NCBI GenBank assembly: GCA_026023565.1
Contig: JAPETS010000063.1
Coordinates: 62,001 to 105,851, forward strand
Direction of reading: 5' to 3'
Source: Cirrosporium novae-zelandiae
Lineage: Eukaryota
DNA: 43,851 bases
Part shown: piece by piece, positions 37,732-43,851 of the stretch
Position numbering within the stretch: position 1 is the stretch's first letter
Layout: each line of letters opens with the position of its first letter
Made by a program: the position numbers and the translations under genes
Notes under the pieces: generated by a model
Database searches by the model: none
The model's input: the letters and a program-made list of their open reading frames with translations, nothing else
Told to the model about the DNA's origin: nothing

Positions 37732-38274
37732 TTTTTCAACTTAGCTCAAGAGAAGACCGTAAGAACAAAGTTCCGATGACTAGAGGAGGATATGTCGATT
37801 CCTAAACTAGTCTATAACAATAATTGAAGTTCAAGGTCCCAGATGAGTGAATGAAAGCTATGGCAGATGTTCGGAAGCGAAAGCTTGAGGCCGACAAGCT
37901 ACTTGAGTAACGTTTGGCGGGCGATTTAACGCGGGGGTCGGGGAAACGCAACACTAAATACAACCACCATCGGGATTACTCGGACCCGAATTTATGGGTA
38001 TCTCGGGCCCGAGCCGCAAACGAAAAGAATATCTTCATGCTTCCATCATAACAAAGTATGCGAACAGACAATTGGGACAGTTCCCTGAGCAGTAGTGCTG
38101 CTCACCTAGCTCACCTAGCCCATAGCTGCCTGCTGCCTGCTGCCTGGACCTGTATAGAGAATATAAGAATAAGCAGTATCCTGCTATTTACATTATGACT
38201 CCTCATCACTTAGCTCTGCAAATCACTACTCATCTCAACTCGAAAGATATATCCTTTATCTCATCACTTTTAAT
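37732..38274. promoter_or_regulatory. Divergent promoter between the Zn2Cys6 TF and the FAD monooxygenase, with CGG/CCG-rich putative Zn2Cys6 sites
   Basis: About 11 CGG/CCG triplets in 37872-38016. TCGG-N2-CCGA at 37980-37989 and 38003-38012, the latter inside the perfect palindrome CTCGGGCCCGAG. TATA-like TATAAGAA at ~38162. Confidence 0.55.
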
Positions 38275-39477
38275 ATGGCTGAATCTACAGTCCCAACAGT
38301 CTTGATAGCAGGTGCAGGTATTGCTGGTCTTACATTGGCTCAGGCTCTCAAGCGTGCTGGCATATCCTTTCGTGTCTTCGAGCGCGATCCTTCGGTAACA
38401 ACTCGCAGCCAGGGTTATAGGATTCGCATCAGTGAAGATGGAGCGGCCACCTTTAAGGAATACTTGTCGGAAGAACTATACGCCAAATTCGAGAAAACAT
38501 GCGCAGAAACTCGTTTAGGGATGTCGAGAATTGATGGAATTAGTGGAGAGCTGGTGAAAAATCCACTCATCGGTCAAAATCCACGCATGAGGCAATTTGG
38601 TCGCCCCTTTACAGTCGATAGGATGACACTGAGGACTTTGTTGCTGACAGGAGTGGAGGATTGCATTGAATACGGAAAAGAAGTTAAAGGGTATACCGCC
38701 ACCTCCACCAGCGTAACACTAGAATTCAAAGATGGAAGCTCTACTAAAGGGGAATTTCTTATTGCTGCCGACGGCGGACGCTCTGTTATAAGGAAACAGT
38801 ATTTGCCCAATCAGAAACCAGTTGACACTGAAGGTCGTTGCATTTATGGCAAAACTCCCTTGACGCCCGAGCTACAGAAGCAAGTGCCCGATTATGCTCT
38901 CCAGTGGATAACTGCTATAGTTGAAGAGTCCTGTGGCACCCCGCTCACGCTTTTCCTGGAGCCTGTCCGATTCCAAAACAATGAATTTCGGAGTGAACTA
39001 CCCGAGGACTATGTATACTGGGTTCTCTTGAGTCGGAAATCTGTCTTTGGTTTGTCTGATGATGAATTTTTAAGAATGACTCATGAAGAAGCGCATGCAT
39101 TTTCGCTCAAGATAACGGCCGGATGGCACCCATCGCTACGACCCCTGTTGGAGCTTCAAGACGTTCAGCAGTCGATTCCTTTGCGCCTTTCGTCAGTCAC
39201 TCCAGTCATTGACGCCTGGGAGCCCTCGCGGGTCACTTTAGTGGGTGACGCGGCACACGCGATGCCACCTACTGGAGGCCGGGGAGCAAATACGGCACTT
39301 CGAGATGTTGCTGTGTTGGCGAAACGACTCGAAGAAGGTCTCACAGTTGAAAAAATTGCCGAGTATGAACAAGAGATGAGAGTTTATGCGGGGGAAGCAA
39401 TTGAGATTAGTGCCGCTGGAGGGAAGTCACTTTTTGGAATGCGGCCGTTTGAAGAGCTGAGGCAAGTAGAATATTGA
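38275..39477 (+). CDS. FAD-dependent monooxygenase (class A flavoprotein aromatic hydroxylase-like; CTB7-like)
   Basis: Three fingerprints: VLIAGAGIAGL (GxGxxG), LIAADGGRSVIRK (DG) and VTLVGDAAHAMPPTGGRGANTALRD (GD). Intronless, 400 aa. Confidence 0.93.
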   Translation: MAESTVPTVLIAGAGIAGLTLAQALKRAGISFRVFERDPSVTTRSQGYRIRISEDGAATFKEYLSEELYAKFEKTCAETRLGMSRIDGISGELVKNPLIGQNPRMRQFGRPFTVDRMTLRTLLLTGVEDCIEYGKEVKGYTATSTSVTLEFKDGSSTKGEFLIAADGGRSVIRKQYLPNQKPVDTEGRCIYGKTPLTPELQKQVPDYALQWITAIVEESCGTPLTLFLEPVRFQNNEFRSELPEDYVYWVLLSRKSVFGLSDDEFLRMTHEEAHAFSLKITAGWHPSLRPLLELQDVQQSIPLRLSSVTPVIDAWEPSRVTLVGDAAHAMPPTGGRGANTALRDVAVLAKRLEEGLTVEKIAEYEQEMRVYAGEAIEISAAGGKSLFGMRPFEELRQVEY

Positions 39478-39622
39478 ATAAAATGGTGATGTGCATGTCA
39501 ATATTATATCATTCAAAGAAGCGTTATATTAGTTGTGATAGAGGTTTTGAGATAATGAATCATGTGAAGTGAACACAATCTTAGAACTCAGGATAAGAAT
39601 ATTATTTCTCCCCACGTAGTCG

Positions 39623-40183
39623 TTATTTGTTCATCTCTCCCACATCTAAAGCGACCAGAAATCTGCTTACACAGTTATAAGCTGCAATAGTAGCTGTGAT
39701 TTCCACTATGCTTTGCTCATTAAAGCATTCCTTCAACTCAGCAAACACATCATCCGGTACCTTTACACTCTTTGTCATGGCATCAGCATACTTGACGATT
39801 GCGACTTGTTCGCGAGTAAGTATTGAGCTCAACTCAGTATCCGAGACATTAGTACAGTCTTGTCGTTCTAGACTCTTCAGCGCATCGTCACTAAACCCAG
39901 CTTCCTTCAGGAGCGGAGCATGGTGTTTCCATTCGAACCAAGCTTCATTTATGACAGCTACGCGGCATATTGCTAGCTCGCGGTTGGCATCAGATATGGA
40001 TGTACGTGTGCGAATCGCGCCAATGAAGGAGTTCCAGCCATCAGCGACAGGAAAGGAATGAAGAAGGGCCAAGTCGAGGGGGATAAGGCCGTTGGGCCCT
40101 CTACGGGCTTGAACACGATCGAGGATGGCGGCTTCCGTTTCGTTGTTGGTTGGAGGTGGGTTCGATGTATAGGGAATACGCAT
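39623..40183 (-). CDS. AhpD-like / carboxymuconolactone decarboxylase family protein
   Basis: LDLALLHSFPVADGWNSFIGAIR, RELAICRVAVINEAWFEWKHH, VPDDVFAELK and IVEITATIAAYNCVSRFLVALDV match the fungal CMD-like family. No CxxC. Intronless. Confidence 0.85.
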   Translation of the reverse strand: MRIPYTSNPPPTNNETEAAILDRVQARRGPNGLIPLDLALLHSFPVADGWNSFIGAIRTRTSISDANRELAICRVAVINEAWFEWKHHAPLLKEAGFSDDALKSLERQDCTNVSDTELSSILTREQVAIVKYADAMTKSVKVPDDVFAELKECFNEQSIVEITATIAAYNCVSRFLVALDVGEMNK

Positions 40184-40949
40184 GATGAGGAATTTCTTTG
40201 GAAGAAAATGTAGTTATCTTGCAAGTTGAAAGTGGTTGGTTATTGTGCAAGATATTTATTGCTAGTGTGGAGGAGATGGTTGTATTGTCTTTGAAGATGA
40301 GGGGCGACCAAAGCCAATAAGGGTGCTAAGGTGCCATCCCCACGCCAGTTGGCCTGAAGCTGGCGTAACACGACGCCAATCCGGGCCGAGGCGCCTTCCC
40401 TTTCATCCGGGGTTTGAGCTAAGCGTAAGGCACCAAACATTTTCTAAAGCACCGCCCAAGGAACCATTATTGGCAACTGACTATTCAATCTAGGCTTCAG
40501 TAAAAGTTTCAGGTGTCAATAAAAACAATTCAGAGGGTATTCAGTACAGGTCTCAGCAGAGGTCTCGGTAAAATATCCAGTAAGAAGTTTGGTGAAATTG
40601 ATGATGGGCAATGAGACCAAGAATTCTTGCATTACAGCCAAGATAGCTACCCACCACTAAACTTACCCACCACTGAACTGTCCGGCTTTTCCCATTGCGC
40701 CTCGTCCATTGAATTCCTAGGTTTCAGTAACACGCGCAGACATGCATCTATAGTTAGTACGCGCCAGGTAAAAAATTGCCTGCCAACTAATATCCTTAGG
40801 TAGCTGCGTGTTTCTCTTCCACGAGATGATCTTCTTTTTCCCTCTTCTAATGCTGTGTGATTCTTTAATATTTAATACTAAGTACGTTTATGTTATAGCT
40901 GCGTTTGTGCAATATCTTTTCTTCATAGCCTCTTATCTTTTCTATAGCC

Positions 40950-42498
40950 ATGAACAGCAGTTTGAACACGAATGACAATCACAACGTTACCATTGAAGGC
41001 TGGGTTCCACAAACAGATGGCCGAGGCACCTTGGATATTATATGGTCTTGCACTATTACAATTTTTCTATGCTGTTGGACTTCTGTTTGTGCAAACATCC
41101 CAGCTACAACCGATAGCCCCTGGAACTGGTTCCGTGATAAACTCGGTCTCGCATGCATGGGAATACTCTGGCCGGATTTTCTCTTTGGACTCGCTTTAGG
41201 CCAGTGGGATTCAGCACGACGCTCAGTCGAGGTATTGACTTGATAGATTCGTTCAGCCACCCCACCTAACCTTTATATTGTCTAGAAATTTCACTCGGCT
41301 GGATACCTAGAATGGACCATGAGCCATGCTTTCTTTGCCGACATGGGTGGATTTATAATTCAATTCTCCGATTGCATCTCATTTCCGGTTGACGCCGAAC
41401 AGCTGCATTATTTGATATCGAAAGGTTATCTAGAATATCCGAAACTAGATAAGGCGATGATTGATGACAAGAACAAAGCAGATAATCTATCTCGGTAATC
41501 TAATGACAACGAACTAACCTTGACCCGACGCTGACTGTCTTAGATGTTTCACTGTTTTTCAAGTCTTCTGGTTCAGCATCAACTGCATTGGCCGATTGGC
41601 ACAGCATATTGACCTAACTACCATTGAACTTACTACTATTGGATTTATCTTCGTCATGCTTGCGACTTCTTTTTGTTGGTGGCATAAACCTTTGGACGTT
41701 TCGATGCCAATCATCCTCAAAAGTCAATTTTCTATAACGGACATTCTAAACAACGTAAGTAATATTTTCTGGATTTTAATGTCCAAGGGTCTGATCTTCT
41801 CACTTCAGGCCGGCATTTCTGTACATGACCAATATAGGCACACCCCTCTTGAGTTCGTCAACCGCCATGAATGGTTCATGAGCCTCCTCTGGGCCTATTA
41901 CACTCAGATCCTTGGAAATATGTATATTAGGATATTCTCTCGACCAGTAAAAGCTCGACCCATCGACCGGATACCTAGCGATCACTGGGCTTTGACAAAT
42001 TTCAAAACTGAAGTTTGGGGTGCCGCCGTGACCTCTATATATAGTGCAATATTTGTCCTAGGTTGGAACCTTTCCTTTCCATCTTGGACTGAGTGCATTC
42101 TATGGCGCGTTGCAAGCGTCATTGCTTTGGTTTATGGAATAATTGGAGGCTCCTTTGCATGGTATTGCCATCGAATCTTCCTACCAAACAGGAAGGCTCG
42201 GACTTTATCCCTAAACCAAGAGATGACAAACGCAGGTACATCGTCTTGGTTTGGGGGACGGGCGAGGAAAGCTGCCGAAAACCTGAGGAAGGTTGCCGAA
42301 AGCTTGAGGAATAACTCACCCGATCATGATCCGGCGATGGAAGTACCGATTAGGATGCTCATCCCTGCCACACTACTCTGCTTCACCTATTGCATATCTC
42401 GTGCTTATATACTTGTAGAGGACGGACTGGGATTACGAAGGCTGCCTTCAAGCGCCTTCTCAACGGTTGATTGGTCTCAGTACCTCCCACACCTTTGA
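40950..42498 (+). CDS. Uncharacterised fungal multi-pass membrane protein; exons 40950-41231, 41286-41494, 41544-41754, 41809-42498
   Basis: Three GT-AG introns give a continuous frame with GWVPQTDGRGTLDIIWSCTITIFLCCW, HAFFADMGGF, IDDKNKAD, IELTT, WWHKPLDV, SFPSWTECILWR and LPSSAFSTVDWSQYLPHL. I recognise these from a widespread hypothetical fungal family. Several hydrophobic segments. Confidence 0.85.
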
Positions 42499-43695
42499 TT
42501 TGGTCCTTGTTTCCTCTTTGGTTAGGAACTGAAGAGAGATAACTTCCTGGGTGTTGTTTGGATCTTTATGGGATTTGTGTGCTTTGATACCCCTTGGATA
42601 AGAAAAGGATGGTTTGCCCTGCTATCTGAGCAACAATTTAGTATAAATTAATTTTAATTATCTTAATCTGGGAATTCTGTATCGTGAGGTTAGTGGGCAG
42701 TAATAAATTACGCTAGGGACAGTTTGTAGTTGCTACACCTATAGGTTGTGGGGATTAAGATAGTCCAAAGAGCATAATTAAAAGCTTACGTTGTTCTTTT
42801 ACCCATCGGCGGCCCTTTTGACGCTGTCCTACCTACCCTACTACAATCATCATATTAAGTTTGGGTTGGATTCCACGCGATTAATGATATCTAAAGCTTT
42901 CATGGCTGGTGGCCTAGTCGGTCAAACTTCTATTTAAATTTTAAATTCGCCTTAGCATCAACATAGTGATTCGATATCAAGGGCAGTATCAAGTAAAGAA
43001 AACTATAGTTAAGATGCAGGACGACCGATATCTAATCTGATAGTGCTAAAAAGTGAAATAGTTAAGATCCTAGTTGTTCAGTTGCCTTAACTTAATTATA
43101 AACTTTACTAAGATTACCAAGTTTAAGCATAACATATCCATGTCCTCGCTCAAAGGAGACATACAGACAATAATATCCATTATTATCACCATCAAGTATA
43201 ACATATCGCAAGATCACTCTAAGTCAAACCCCGTCTTTTATGTTCGACTCTCTCCAATGTACACAGATGTTTCCAAAATATCTTAGGTGATGCACCTGAG
43301 AAAGAAAGTAAGTCCAAAACCGCATGGGAATATAAGCCCAGAAACTTAAAATAACCGAGTGATGGTGACCAGGGACTTCACTGTTACCGCCGCTTATTGC
43401 AATGAATGAAGTAAGAACACTGAGGATTGAATTTGGGGAAGCAAAAGCCAGCTATATAGAAGTGAGGCGCAGAGGCCTCTTGACTGGCCACCTAATAAGC
43501 TAGCCCGTAAAGGTACGGCGACATTATTCCCCTCGCCTCCTGCCATAATACAATGGCTTAATCACGATATAGCCAATTTCTTAAAAGTGTGTTAGACATG
43601 TCGTTATGGGTATATGCCCGATGGAGCTTATAGAAAGGAAGGTTTCAATCATACTGGTGGTGAGCATCTGCTCTTAATTGACAACCTCGTTCTTA

Positions 43696-43723
43696 TTTTT
43701 ATCTTTTTATCTTTTTATCTTTT
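43696..43723 (+). repeat. Telomere-adjacent tandem repeat (TTTTTATC)x3.5
   Basis: Read directly; abuts the telomere tract. Confidence 0.85.
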
Positions 43724-43851
43724 CAGGGTTAGGGTTAGGGTTAGGGTTAGGGTTAGGGTTAGGGTTAGGGTTAGGGTTAGGGTTAGGGTTAGGGTTAGGG
43801 TTAGGGTTAGGGTTAGGGTTAGGGTTAGGGTTAGGGTTAGGGTTAGGGTTA
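43723..43851 (+). repeat. Telomere: one TCAGGG variant, then (TTAGGG)x20 + TTA to the window end
   Basis: Perfect TTAGGG array with the G-rich strand running 5'->3' toward the end of the sequence, as expected for a right chromosome end. Confidence 0.98.

Noticed and set aside
38275..40183. Bacterial horizontal transfer suggested by two intronless enzyme genes
   Set aside because: Genes are convergent rather than operon-like, composition looks like the neighbours, and both resemble common fungal families. A phylogeny would be needed.
40342..40366. ACGCCAG...CTGGCGT inverted repeat upstream of the CMD gene
   Set aside because: A 7-bp stem is within chance expectation, with no independent support.
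42903..42985. tRNA-like A-box (TGGCCTAGTCGG) with a degenerate B-box-like GATTCGATATC downstream
   Set aside because: No acceptor stem or full T-arm pairing can be formed. Not a tRNA; at most an unprovable relic.

Overview
Right-hand end of a chromosome from a filamentous ascomycete (Pezizomycotina-type: short introns, CTRAC branch sites, Zn2Cys6 regulators), ending in a (TTAGGG)n telomere at 43723-43851. The first ~25 kb is a dense block of housekeeping genes: fatty-acid elongase, COX6/CoxVa, KTR4-like mannosyltransferase, gamma-tubulin complex GCP5, TRA1, YJU2 and APC6/Cut9. The last ~18 kb is accessory-type: a bestrophin-like channel, a secreted S10 carboxypeptidase, two tandem Zn2Cys6 regulators, an FAD monooxygenase, an AhpD/CMD-family protein and an uncharacterised multi-pass membrane protein ending 1.2 kb before the telomere. 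Main points of interest: (1) a backbone-less regulator + monooxygenase + CMD cluster whose divergent promoter carries two TCGG-N2-CCGA sites; (2) GC-AG introns in two neighbouring genes, one an in-frame, stop-free intron inside a zinc cluster; (3) an S10 peptidase with Asn instead of Glu before the catalytic Ser; (4) almost no subtelomere. Exon coordinates were derived by hand. Family calls rest on motif recognition, and no searches were run.
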